A stretch of DNA of 64,000 bases from Octopus bimaculoides (lineage: Eukaryota), in NCBI RefSeq assembly GCF_001194135.2, contig NC_068987.1:102793696-102857695 (forward strand), read 5' to 3'. The notes below the pieces were generated by a model. That model searched no databases. It saw only the letters and a program-made list of their open reading frames with translations, and was not told the DNA's origin. The position numbers were made by a program, and so were the translations under genes. Shown here one piece after another: positions 14,277 to 26,799 of the stretch (the stretch's first letter is position 1; every line of letters starts with the position of its first letter).

Positions 14277-14592
14277 TTACCAGACCGGGTGCTGTGAGTG
14301 TTTATTGAGCAAAAACACCTAAAGCTCCACGACGTTTCGGTAGGGGCTGGTGGAGAACCCTATACTCTTTTACCACAACTTTCTCTCACTCTTTATTCCT
14401 GTTTCTGTTGTACCTGTGTTGCAAACTGCCAGCCTTGTCACACTGTGTGGCATGCTGGATCTCCCAGAGAACTACTTTAAAGGTACACGTGTCTGTGGGG
14501 TGCTCAGCCACTTGCACGTTAATTTCACGAGGAGGCTATTCCGTTGATCGGATTAACTGGAACTATTGTCGTCGTAACCGACGGAGTGCCAC
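14277..14592 (+). mobile_element. Long tRNA-derived SINE, family D (5' end lost in gap)
   Basis: Colinear with 53295-53674 (AAAACACCTAAA...ACCACAACTTTCTCTC...CTCAGCCACTTGCACGTTAATTTCACGAG...GGAGTGC). Confidence 0.9.
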
Positions 14593-16184
14593 ATTATATA
14601 TATATAGTATATGCCGGAAATTGGAGAAAGCCCGGCGTATTTATACATATGTGTGTTTGTGTGTGTGTGTGTCTGTGTCTTATTTGTGTGTTGGGCACCA
14701 CCATCATCGTTGGTGTGTTTACTTTCTCGTAAATTAGCGGCTCGGCAAAAGAGAGCGATAGCATAAGTACCATGCTTAAAGGAAAGCATGGTACTGGGGT
14801 CAATTCATTTAACTAAAAATTCCTCAGGGTGGTGCCCCTGTATGGCTACAGTCAGATAACTGAAACATTAAAAAAGAACAGAAAAATCTAAATCGCGACA
14901 GGAACCTAGTCTACATTCAATTATAATATTATAGATTACATTCGAAGTAAATATTCCGCAAATATAACGATAATATTTCTAAATGCAATGTGTGGTAAGT
15001 CCTCAAGGAAATAAGATGATTCAATTTCAGATGTATCTACTATAATATTACAAAAGAGACTTAAGCGAAATGACAGGCATTTCTAGAAGAAGTTTGTTCA
15101 GACTTCCATATTTTCAGTTATTCCATTGCTTGAATAATAATAGTCACTATTAACATAAGGAATAGCTGGCCAGCATAAGATAATGTAAATTTCGATGGAA
15201 TAATTTATAATAACATATAATATATTGCAGTTTGCTAGTAATACAATGAACAGATACATATTGTAGAATGAATTATCGATTTTAAAATATGACGATATTT
15301 AACCAAATAATTTAATATCTAGCTATGTTTGCTTTTAGTTACTAGTCAATTTAGTACCGGTAGTAATAAACAAGTAAATCCGATTTAACAATAAATAGAA
15401 ATTGATGTAAGATTTGCATACTAATATACTCAATATAGAACATTAAATAGTCGACATTAAAACATTTACCCGAGCATGCCTAAGTCAACAAGAAAGAGTC
15501 AATGTTGTTAATATATCGGTTGTAATTGTACATAGAAGGCAATTTCAATCAAACTACACCTTAATGTCTTAAAAGGGGAGGGCCATTGATGAATTGGCTT
15601 AAAATAAGTTAGTAGAGTCAAACATTGAGAGGTCTGCTTAGACGGAGCCAAATTGCAACTGAAAGGAAATGCAACAATCTTTTTTCTGTCACCTCCATAC
15701 GTACCACCTTCACATACTTCATTGCTCTTCTCTTTATCGTTCTTATCCTCAACAACACCATCACCATCATCATCCTCATCATCATCAAAAGCTTTTGCCT
15801 TGGAACAATATCCTTCCTCCTTCCATACTATTGCTACCACGTCCACCTCAAATTATTCACGTGCCCAACTACCACCACCTAAAATAACCATCACTTGGGC
15901 AACTACCATCTTCTATCATGTGATCTAACAGTTGTACCACTAGTGGTAGACGATAGTCATCTGACACCGATATTTCCGTGATTCTTGGTATCAAACGCCT
16001 GTATGAGAGGATTTCTCAATGTGAATACGGCAATAATACTCCGTTCTAATAGAACAGCAACGTGAATAATTATATAATGATTTCTATTCGGTATCAATAC
16101 AGTCTCCGTCGCTAATATTGACGTTTTATATACTCTGATGGTTATTTTGAACCTCAGTGACTGAATATTCTATAGTTTTCTATA

Positions 16185-16402
16185 CAGGATGACCCAAAAG
16201 TAGGTTTACAGTTATCACGTATACACTTAAAATGTTTTTTAAAAACATTTTGCTACATTTAAATTTCTTTCTTACAATTAACTAAAGTAGCATAGAAGAA
16301 TGGTTTCATTGTTTCATTTTTTTGTAATTAAAATCTAAGCTGTTAGTATGTGAATGCGAAAGAGATAGTTGAATAACCGTAAACCTACTTTTGGCCACCC
16401 TG
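16185..16402. mobile_element. Tc1/mariner-type MITE (218 bp)
   Basis: About 30-bp TIRs CAGGATGACCCAAAAGTAGGTTTACAGTTAT / ATAACCGTAAACCTACTTTTGGCCACCCTG; TA on both sides. Confidence 0.9.
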
Positions 16403-16670
16403 TATATCGCTGGCAGCGAGATATGCAGACATGCTGTCATTGGATTCTTGTTGATGATGATACGTAAACACGCTGAAATCACATGATCTATCAATCCCAC
16501 CACCGGTGACAGACAATTCTCGTCTGCCACTAATAATGCTTTGCTTCTTAGCATCAAAGATCTATATGAAAAGATTTCTCAAGATGAAACACCACAGTTA
16601 GACGGCGTTCGAGCAATACGTCCACGTCTAATAGGATATAAAGAGTGGCATGCCATTAAATAACGTATAT

Positions 16671-16719
<49 letters not shown>

Positions 16720-17362
16720 CTTGCATAATCACGTTCCTAGTGGCACGTGACATGCTCACTGTCACGCATTAGGGATTCTGTTCAATAAGGTACTGCCTAA
16801 TACTGTTACTCTAACATTAGAACTGCGTACTGAAAATTCACCTCAATCATTAAAATTTAGTTATATGTTTCGGCTTTAGAAAGGCCTTCGATTACGAATT
16901 GATGTCACAAAGCACATGACCTATGGCGTTGTTGGAAAAATAAAGCAGCCTAACTGCTTAACATTTAAAAAGGTATGAGTCGGATAGTTGCAGCTAACAG
17001 AATGCTCTCCAAGGAAACACCGAGTCATCCTGAAGCTGTATGGGGCAAATATACTGTAGCTCTCTGAGATATGGCCTTAATCATATCGTCAGCCACCCTC
17101 ACCAGCCACGCTGCTGACGATAACAAATGTTTCACATGTAGTCACGTAGCCTGATGGGAACGCAAAAATTAAAAATAAGTCTGAAAATATATCCGTGTTG
17201 CCTTGCTCAAGAAGAAAATAACGTGTACACTCCAGTATCAAACAGAGTCCAACCAAAAGGAGAGTTAATTGAAATCACAGTTTCACGTGGTGAGTAACAT
17301 GCAAAACCTCCAGAGTGATGATACTTCATTTTGTGAGCATAGAATGCATATAACTGATTTCA

Positions 17363-17500
17363 AATTTTGGCACAAAGCCAGCAATTTCGGGAATGGGGAT
17401 TAGTCATTTTTTATCGACTCCGAAACGATGAAAGGCAAAGTCGACCTGAGCAGCCGCAAAGCATTTTGCTCGGCGTTCTAACGATTCGGCTAGCACTCCG
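17363..17500 (-). mobile_element. SINE family A, deleted copy
   Basis: TTTTATCGACTCCGAAACGATGAAAGGCAAAGTCGACCT. Confidence 0.75.
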
Positions 17501-17699
17501 CATTATATGGAATGCATATAATCAAAATGACAACAGAATGCTGGTGTCTGCCAGGTTAAACAAACAAAAAAAAATATCATGTTGATCCTGTGAAAAAGTA
17601 TTTGTTCTCAATTGCGTAGACTATTTGTTCTATATAGCTGAGGTCGAGACAATCCAACGGTGGTACACCAAGATAAATAATTACATCAGTACAACAGAC

Positions 17700-18090
17700 G
17701 ACCTATAGGGAGGGACTCGCCAATGCTTACGTAGATAATACCGACTACTATTCTTTCATCCCGCAACCTTCCGTACCAACGAATCATTGTCATGTAACCG
17801 AAAGACCTCATATGAAATGCTTACTAATTAAACCAGCAAATAACCTCAAAATCATCCAACAAATCTGTCGTGGTACTCTTGTGTCTTTCAACTACACAGA
17901 GACAAAATTACTGCACATCAAAAAATATGCTATCATAATCCCCAAATACTAAACATAAAGAGTATACCACTAAAATTGTTGCAGTCTCTACGATGTGCAT
18001 TAACTTGGTAAACGCAAGTCCTCAATATATCATAGACAGCATTAAAAATCACGGCTTAGCTCTTCAGGACGTGAAAATAATTCATTTGCC
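17700..18090 (+). mobile_element. CR1-like LINE, decayed RT C-terminal fragment
   Basis: NAYVDNT (YADDT-like) and TLVSFNYTETKLL (LVSFNASKTQ-like). Confidence 0.55.
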
Positions 18091-18188
18091 CTCATTATTT
18101 CAAAAAAAAAAAAAAAAAAGGAAGCCGCAAATAACTTTACAAGACCAGTTCCAATTCACAATGTAAGCATCAATATGTAAACATGAGA

Positions 18189-18406
18189 TGGTGGAGAGCT
18201 GGCAGAAAGGTTAGCACGCCGGGCGAAAGGATTAGTGGCACTTCGTCTGTCTTTACGTTCTGAGTTCAAATTCCGCCGAGGTCCACTTTGCCTTTCATCC
18301 TTTCGAGGTCGATAAATTAAACACCAGTTGTGTACTGGGGTCGATCTAATCGACTGGTACCTTCTCCAAAAATGTCGGGCCTTGTTCCTAGAGTAGAAAA
18401 GAATAT
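18189..18406 (+). mobile_element. SINE family A, near full length
   Basis: GGTGGAGAGCTGGCAGAAAGGTTAGC head, B box GAGTTCAAATTCC, body CTTTGCCTTTCATCCTTTCGAGGTCGATAAA. Confidence 0.92.
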
Positions 18407-18409
18407 GAT

Positions 18410-18640
18410 TATGCATACATACATACATACATACATAAATACATACATACATACATACATATGCATATGCGTGTTTGTGTGTATACAGATAGATAGATAG
18501 ACATACAGACAGACAGACAGACGGACAGACAGACAGACAGACAGGCAGGCAGGCAGGCAGACAGACAGACAGACAGACAGATAGATAGATAGATAGATAG
18601 AGAGACAGAGAGATAGATAGGTAGATAGATAGATATACAA
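18410..18640. repeat. Compound tetranucleotide microsatellite (CATA, GATA, GACA, GGCA)
   Basis: Direct reading. Confidence 0.95.
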
Positions 18641-18814
18641 ACATGTTTATATAACATTCTCACACACTAACATACACACTCGCAAGCGCAGAAAAACGCA
18701 TGTAGTGGTATATATGTACACCTGCATATTTAGTTGTGTATATGTTCCTGCATATGAGTATGGATATGTATCTGTGATTATGTATTTACGGTTGTGTCTT
18801 AGTGTGTGCATGGA

Positions 18815-18869
<55 letters not shown>

Positions 18870-19759
18870 GTATATGCTTTTGTTTGTTTGCAACGTATAT
18901 GACGGAAGCCGATGTCTTGTGATAATAGAGAGAACATTTAGAAAAATGAAACTATCTTGTTATAAGTTTATGATATCAAAATACCGTATAAGATTGGAGA
19001 AATTTCTGAATCGTAATTTATTTACAGCGCAATATTTGTGTCGTTTCATCCGAAATCCCAACGATAAAATGGTTATTTTATCGAATTAGTCTGGCTATAA
19101 GATACATCATATGCAACAATAACGTTCTGAACATAAAAGTTAGCTTATAGGTCTTTGGGCAGTTATGGTTGTTAAATCTGAAAGGTTCTGTTAGAATTTA
19201 GTTTATGACTAAAATGCCGCCAAATGTTATGAGATGTATCAATGAAATGACATTGTTAGCTGCGTATCTTATGCAGTTGAAAAAATTGAAATTCATAATC
19301 AATGGGATCTGCCATCTTGTTCTATTCAGTATTACAGTCTTGAAGCCTGATATAGCGGCCAGTTTCCAGCAAATTAAGTGTTATGCTAATGTTCTATTTA
19401 CTTAAAACGAAATAGGGTAGGATATAATGATCTGGAGATAATTGAGAGGAATGACCATGAAAGACAAAAGTTTCTAGCAAAATATTGTGAAATGAAGATA
19501 GAAATGTATAAAAATACAATATAGTTAGATGTAGCAAGATATTAAGTAAAGAAATGCTTTTTCAAAATATATCTTTAGTCTTTTGCCTGAGAGGTGTATT
19601 CCTGAAGAATTTTAAGTATATTGTTACTTTGTATCTAATAAACCGATCTACTAACGCTTCTATTCCATATTGAAGCAAACAACTGTGAAACTATTTCGAA
19701 CACGTCCTACTCAACATTGCTTGTCACAGATGATTAGTTTTCAAAATGCAGTTGGGACG

Positions 19760-20400
19760 TGACAAGAACTGGGAGCAATGACGTTTTATGTTAAAACCGG
19801 ACAAAAACGCTACAGAAACGTATGAAATTCTCCTGTCTGACTGCTTATGGATTAATTTACATGAGCCGAGCATCAGTTTTTCTGCTGCAAAGAAGTTTCA
19901 AGTATGAGACGGAAGAGGTAAGATCGATGAGTGAGAGGTGTGGGAGGAAGTGGAACATCAGAATATCCGAGGTCGTTGAGAAAATTTGCAATTTTCATTA
20001 TAAAGTCTGTCGTGTGTCTATAAAGATAATAAGTAAACAAGGTGCTCAGTGATGAACAGAATGAAAAACGCGTTGGTGACAGCATGGAAATGATTGAGCT
20101 TGTTACCTCTAATCCAACAGTACTCGAGCATCTGGTAGCCTGTGAAGAAAGCTTTTATGATACAGATACCAGAAGACAGAGTGTTCAATGTAAGCATTCT
20201 GTCTCTTCTAGACAGAAGAAGGCCAGGCAAAGCAATTCTACCGAAAGCTCTCGTTAATCCCTATTTTGACAGCAGGATGGACAACAAAGTGTACCTTGTG
20301 GAAGTCTTGATGGGGTCAGTATGAGGTTTCGTCGCAAAAGTTCAGATGTCGGTAGCATTTGCATCAGGACAATACACCAATCAACAATTCCTTCCTACTT
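19760..20400 (+). mobile_element. Mariner (Mos1/SETMAR-related) transposase pseudogene
   Basis: Frameshifted blocks NATETYEIL, AYGLIYMSRASVFLLQRSFK, SERCGR..RISEVVEKI, LSDEQNEKRV, LEHLVACEESFYDTDTRRQSVQCKHSVSSRQKKARQS and HQDNTP follow the mariner order HTH to catalytic D to HHDNA. Confidence 0.85.
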
Positions 20401-20446
20401 GACAGAAGTGAGCATACACATACAGACACGCTTATATATATACATA

Positions 20447-20617
20447 GGCGGGGCAGTGGGTGTGTGGTAAGTAGCTTGCTTACCAACCACATGGTTCTGG
20501 GTTCAAACCCACTGCGTGGCATCTTGGGCAGGTGTCTTCTACTATAGCCTCGGGCCGACCAAAGCCTTGTGAGTGGATTTGGTAGACGGAAACTGAAAGA
20601 AGCCTGTCGTATATATG
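20447..20617 (+). mobile_element. tRNA-derived SINE, family B (CORE-like body)
   Basis: A-box-like TGGGTGTGTGG, B box GGTTCAAACC, GGCATCTTGGGCAGGTGTCTT, tail GAAAGAAGCCTGTCGTATATAT. Confidence 0.92.
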
Positions 20618-20829
20618 NNNNNNNNNNNNNNNNNNNNNNNNNNNNNNNNNNNNNNNNNNNNNNNNNNNNNNNNNNNNNNNNNNNNNNNNNNNATATATAT
20701 ATATATATATATATATACATACACACGAAGGTGCGTGTAGTGAGTAATTTTGTGCTAAACAACCTGCTCAGATTTGTTGCTAGCTCAGTTGCTCCGTAAG
20801 TTCAGTATTGTCAGTACATGTAGACAGTG

Positions 20830-20928
20830 TCACACTTTTTCCTAGAACACAATGTGTCGCCAAGTTTGGGAATTAAGCCCACGATCTTATCATTCTGATG
20901 TAACATCCTAGCCATTAGGCTATGCGCC
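20830..20928 (-). mobile_element. SINE family C, diverged
   Basis: Reverse complement GGCGCATAGCCTAATGGCTAGG head and TGTGTTCTAGGAAAAAGTGTGACAC body. Confidence 0.55.
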
Positions 20929-20945
20929 CTCACTATTTATATATA

Positions 20946-21070
20946 TAAACTTCATTTATTTATGTACTGAAAACACCACATAAGATGTGCAATGAAAATG
21001 TACTCCTCAGCTGCATAATGGAATTTGATTTCTTATGTGGTGTTCTCAGTACATAAATAAATGAAGTTTG
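20946..21070. mobile_element. 125-bp fold-back MITE with 39-bp TIRs
   Basis: 20947-20985 and 21031-21069 are 38/39 complementary; TA at 20944-45 and 21071-72. Confidence 0.85.
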
Positions 21071-21221
21071 TACGAAACGTACGTGCTGCTATAACCTATT
21101 GAATTTTTGTCGTTTTCTTCAAATTTTATTCACCAAATCTCTTGATTTTGTTTTTGATTTTACCCTACCAAATTCTGGTGCCTCAAACATTTTAAGTAAC
21201 ACATTTAATCTTTTGATTAAA

Positions 21222-21256
<35 letters not shown>

Positions 21257-21621
21257 NNNNNNNNNNNNNNNNNNNNNNNNNNNNNNNNNNNNNNNNNNNN
21301 NNNNNNNNNNNNNNNNNNNNNNNNNNNNNNNNNNNNNNNNNNNNNNNNNNNNNNNNNNNNNNNNNNNNNNNNNNNNNNNNNNNNNNNNNNNNNNNNNNNN
21401 NNNNNNNNNNNNNNNNNNNNNNNNNNNNNNNNNNNNNNNNNNNNNNNNNNNNNNNNNNNNNNNNNNNNNNNNNNNNNNNNNNNNNNNNNNNNNNNNNNNN
21501 NNNNNNNNNNNNNNNNNNNNNNNNNNNNNNNNNNNNNNNNNNNNNNNNNNNNNNNNNNNNNNNNNNNNNNNNNNNNNNNNNNNNNNNNNNNNNNNNNNNN
21601 NNNNNNNNNNNNNNNNNNNNN

Positions 21622-21710
21622 GCAAATGTCTTCTACTATGGCTTCGGGACGACCAAAGCCTTGTGAGTGGATTTGGTAGACGGGAACTGCAAGAAGCCTG
21701 TCGTATATAT
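21622..21710 (+). mobile_element. SINE family B, 3' half
   Basis: TGTCTTCTACTATGGCTTCGGGACGACCAAAGCCTTGTGAGTGGATTTGGTAGACGG. Confidence 0.9.
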
Positions 21711-22253
21711 ATACTTGTGTGTGTGTGGGGGGGGGGGCATATGTATGCATGCACATTCTAATTTTTAGGAAGGAGGGAAGGGTACGGTGATAACTTGGCT
21801 GAAAGGGCTCGGAGATTGCTGCGAAGAAAGGTGGAAGATATCCTGAAACCGGAGACGTGGAAATAGTGCTTGGGAAAAGACTAGGCTTCATCAAATTCGA
21901 TCTAGGTTGCTTTGGCAATGCTAAACCAGATGACAGTTTAAGTTTACAGCAATCCAATATGTACATGAGTACATCTGTGTATATGCGTGATCGCAGGCGC
22001 GTGTGTGTGGTCATGTGTCCGTGTGTAAATCCGTGTCCTTGAATTTGAATTTTCATTCGCGTTCGAATATCAAATTCATATTTACATCTTAGTTTACTTT
22101 GGTATTTTGATATCACGTTATGAAAATATCTCTGAAACTTCGGTGTAACCAATAAGCACAAACAATTGCATGAACTCAGAAAACGCTACAAATGTTTCAG
22201 CCGTTGTTGTTGTCTCTGTAGATTGCATAAATGACAAAGAAAGCTATCAAAGT

Positions 22254-22288
<35 letters not shown>

Positions 22289-22430
22289 ACAGAGGATGAG
22301 AGAGAAAACGAGAGGGAGAGGGAAAGATTAAGAGACAGACGGATACAGAAAGACAGATAGGGTGGGAAGGAGAGAGAGAGAGAAATGGTGAGAGTCAATT
22401 GTCAGTGTAAGTATTTATATATATGCGTGT

Positions 22431-22472
<42 letters not shown>

Positions 22473-22939
22473 NNNNNNNNNNNNNNNNNNNNNNNNNNNN
22501 NNNNNNNNNNNNNNNNNNNNNNNNNNNNNNNNNNNNNNNNNNNNNNNNNNNNNNNNNNNNNNNNNNNNNNNNNNNNNNNNNNNNNNNNNNNNNNNNNNNN
22601 NNNNNNNNNNNNNNNNNNNNNNNNNNNNNNNNNNNNNNNNNNNNNNNNNNNNNNNNNNNNNNNNNNNNNNNNNNNNNNNNNNNNNNNNNNNNNNNNNNNN
22701 NNNNNNNNNNNNNNNNNNNNNNNNNNNNNNNNNNNNNNNNNTATATATATATATATATTTGTGTGATTCAGAAACAAGCGTTGAGGAGGTAATTTTGTCA
22801 ACCTTAGACTGAGAGAAAATACAAAGAGAGACAGAGAACTTGAATAGCTCAGTATAAAATGATACAAGATAGGCTGAAGCTACTAAAGGAGAACAGAATG
22901 AAAGACAGAGCATGAAAAAGAGACTGGGAAGAGAGAAAC

Positions 22940-22977
<38 letters not shown>

Positions 22978-23539
22978 AGAGAGAAAGAGAGAGAGAGACG
23001 GGGCAAGAAAGAGAGACGAAAAAGTGGGGGGATAAATTGGGTGGAAACGGTAGAAGGAGAAGCTGAATAAGTAAATGTGAAAAAGAATGTGAGGGGTAGA
23101 GAAGAGGGAGGTAGAGACAGAGGAGTAATTTTGTTAATGGATCTTTTAAAAGATCACATTCTGTACAACTTATTTGATAAAAACAAAACAGTTAAAATAC
23201 AAGACATAATATAATAATATCAACAAGCGCAACAACAATAACACCAAGAAAATCAACGAAGACAATATCAGCCACTAACAAATTCAACTAAAACAACAAA
23301 GCCAATAAATCAACAAAAATAACCACATCGAGTAAATCATCAACAACAACAACAGCGACAACTACAACAACAACAACAACAATAGCGTCCGCAACAAATA
23401 ATGAAGACAAAGTGAAATAAATGGGAAAGTAGTTTTGCCAAAAGACAGATTCCTTATTAAATCACCATCAAATAGATTCTGTTGGAGCATCAACCTTTAT
23501 CGTCAGCCTGACACCTTCATTGAACAGCCATTTTGATGT

Positions 23540-24070
23540 GATGTGTTAGAAGAAACGTTAATAGTGACTGTGTATTGGCTAATAATGTTGTTGCTTGCTG
23601 TAGAGGTGGTGGTGATGGGTGCGTTGGTGCTGGGAGCGCTGGCTGTGTATATGGCGGTGATGATCATCGTGATGCTACCGCTTGTATTGTCGTTCCTGCT
23701 TTTGCTCTTGTTTTTCTTGTTGTTGGTGGTGGTGGTGGTAGCGGTGGTGCTACTGGTTGTGTTGGTGGTAGTCGACTTCATCGTCCGTTGCGGTGATGCT
23801 GGCTAGTGCTGGCGGTGGTGATGTTCACTGGTGGCACTAGGGATGGTTAAGGGAATGCTGTCCGGTGATCGTTGTATTATTCTTGGTGTATACGGTTTTT
23901 TGTAATTGTTAATGGTATTTGTGGTCATTGAGATCTTTACTGTCCTACGAGTCGTGGCGGTGGTGTTGGCAATGGTGGTAACGCTGATGTGGTGATGGTG
24001 TTGTTGTTGGTGGTGGTGGTGTCTTTGATAATAAATGCGGTGACGATGGTGGTTAATGTACTGGATAGTA
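23540..24070. repeat. Degenerate (GGT/GTT/GCT)n low-complexity tract
   Basis: Direct reading. Confidence 0.85.
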
Positions 24071-24263
24071 AAACTATTGGTGTGTGTTCTATTTAGCCCA
24101 AAGTCAACACTCATTGAGTAGAATGGTAATTCTGATGCTACCAGACTATAGCCGTCTTTTATCCAGGCATATATTATCCAATATTGATGTCTGTTTTTTT
24201 CTTTCTTTCTTTCTTTTTCTTTTTTTGCTATTATTACATTATTTATATTTATATTAATATTTA

Positions 24264-24940
24264 GGATTTATTTTAAAACGGGGGCGCCAGTATTTTCTTA
24301 ACGAAACACTAACGAAACACTTTGAAACTTGGGACACTGGTAGAATGTGTCATATAAAACATCTTTTACTCTTAGTCTTCTTAACAAAAAAAAAAAGGAA
24401 TTCGCAAGTTATTCCATGTAAAAGTTGTCGTATTTCTGTAATTTCAACCAATCACTGACGTCTATTCAGCTGAATAGAGTTTACTGCTGGGCGGTCATAA
24501 AAATGTTATTCCCCGTGACATATTTCATCCGGTTTAATCGTAATTTATATGCATATATTGTTTATATAATAAATTACGCTGTGCGTATCTATGTGTGTAA
24601 CAATTTTAGAGTTCGGATTCTCGAGTTAGGGTTAGTTTTAGGGTTAGGGTTACGGTTACGGTTACGGTTAACAGTCTAGGTAGGGTTAGTGTTACGGTTA
24701 GGGGATTAATACGATATACACCGTTACAGCGCTAACTGTTTTCAACTGAATAGACGTTAGTGATTAGTAGAAATTATCGAAATAAGACAATTTTTTACAT
24801 GAAATAAATTCGAATACAAAAATATTTTTCTGTTCTATAACACAAAATAGATAAGTATACGAAGTTTGAAAGTCTTTCCGTACCAAAAACACTACTTAAA
24901 ACATAAATGAAAACTGGCGCCCCCGTTTTGAAATAGATCC
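24264..24940. mobile_element. Non-autonomous DNA transposon (677 bp), probably Merlin/IS1016-like
   Basis: 28-bp TIRs (26/28) starting GGAT; 8-bp TSD AATATTTA at 24256-63 and 24941-48; internal ~73-bp inverted repeat; TTAGGG/TTACGG core. Confidence 0.85.
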
Positions 24941-25797
24941 AATATTTATATATTTACAAGATAAATGTGTGGTTTGATGGATGCTTGGCTGTTCTTTCTA
25001 GTAGGTCGGTGGACCACGTAGAGATCCCCTCATTAAGCGGAGATAGATTTTTGGGTATGGCGGTGGTGCTGTTGTTGGTGTTACTGGTGCTGCTGGGTAT
25101 GGCGTTGGAAAGGTTGCTGGTTGTGGTGACACGCTTGCTGTCGATCGGCAATTATTTTGATGATTTAGGAGATAGAATGTGTCTTATTGAATTTTGTTGT
25201 AATAGTATAACAACAGTGACATTGGGTTTGGCTACCGTAATAGCATTCGTCGCAATGAAGGAAATAACGTAAAAAAGAATAGCGCTTTACCAGACGGAAT
25301 TGAAGGTTTTAGTGTTTGATATTTGGCATTTCAGGTGATATTGATTGCGTTAATGATGATGCAGTCGCTTGCATAGTTGTTGGTGTTAATAGCATTGCTG
25401 TTGGCCATGTTGATATTGTTCACGGTGACAGGAATGCAACATGGCGTTGTCGTTCTGGTTATGCTGTTCACAATTGTGTTAGTGGTTTTAGTAGCGCTAC
25501 TGCGATAGTTTCATTGTTTATGTTATTCTTCTTCTTCTGGTTACTGTTGTTGTTGTTTAATCATTTTGGGTCTCCTATTCAGAAGACCAACATTAATATG
25601 CGTCGAAGATGAAATTCATGTTGTTTCCTTTATTATTATTTTTTTCTTGAAGTAGAGTAGACCACACCACATTTATATACATGTGTTCCATATTAAGACG
25701 GCAAGGTGGCGTGTTGATAATAATGCCAATCGTGAACATAGATTACGTAGAGATATTGATGGCAACACATATGTATGTGATAGAGTTTCCATGTATG

Positions 25798-25837
<40 letters not shown>

Positions 25838-26120
25838 TGCGTGTGTGTATATGTTATGTATATTTATATGTATATATATATATATGTGTGTGTGTGTATG
25901 TATGTATGTATGTATGTATGTATGTATGTATGAATATATTTATATATATATATATATAGTGTACTGTTCCGTGATGGTAAGATCTACAAAGAAGTACTCC
26001 ATGCACACACTCAGAAACTCACACATAAATATACATGATTAATTAAAAGAACAAACAATTAAACCGAACGTGAGTACGTGCACAAGCTATATATTACATC
26101 CCTCCGTGAAAGGAGAGAGT

Positions 26121-26157
26121 TGTTAACGTTTCATGCATAGCTCTTCGTCGGAAAGAG
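26121..26157 (-). ncRNA. Decayed minimal hammerhead ribozyme-like motif
   Basis: CTCTTT-CCGACGA-A-GAGCTATGCAT-GAAA-CG-TT; U4C change and broken stem II. Confidence 0.4.
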
Positions 26158-26731
26158 TACAGTCTATATATTTATTTTNNNNNNNNNNNNNNNNNNNNNN
26201 NNNNNNNNNNNNNNNNNNNNNNNNNNNNNNNNNNNNNNNNNNNNNNNNNNNNNNNNNNNNNNNNNNNNNNNNNNNNNNNNNNNNNNNNNNNNNNNNNNNN
26301 NNNNNNNNNNNNNNNNNNNNNNNNNNNNNNNNNNNNNNNNNNNNNNNNNNNNNNNNNNNNNNNNNNNNNNNNNNNNNNNNNNNNNNNNNNNNNNNNNNNN
26401 NNNNNNNNNNNNNNNNNNNNNNNNNNNNNNNNNNNNNNNNNNNNNNNNNNNNNNNNNNNNNNNNNNNNNNNNNNNNNNNNNNNNNNNNNNNNNNNNNNNN
26501 NNNNNNNNNNNNNNNNNNNNNNNNNNNNNNNNNNNNNNNNNNNNNNNNNNNNNNNNNNNNNNNNNNNNNNNNNNNNNNNNNNNNNNNNNNNNNNNNNNNN
26601 NNNNNNNNNNNNNNNNNNNNNNNNNNNNNNNNNNNNNNNNNNNNNNNNNNNNNNNNNNNNNNNNNNNNNNNNNNNNNNNNNNNNNNNNNNNNNNNNNNNN
26701 NNNNNNNNNNNNNNNNNNNNNNNNNNNNNNN

Positions 26732-26799
<68 letters not shown>

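Noticed and set aside
21760-21960. GC-richer open frame on minus (S/P-rich)
   Set aside because: No credible splice sites or homology; plus-strand frames contain stops
24625-24705. Telomere or chromosome-fusion relic
   Set aside because: Short, degenerate and enclosed in a TIR/TSD-bounded element
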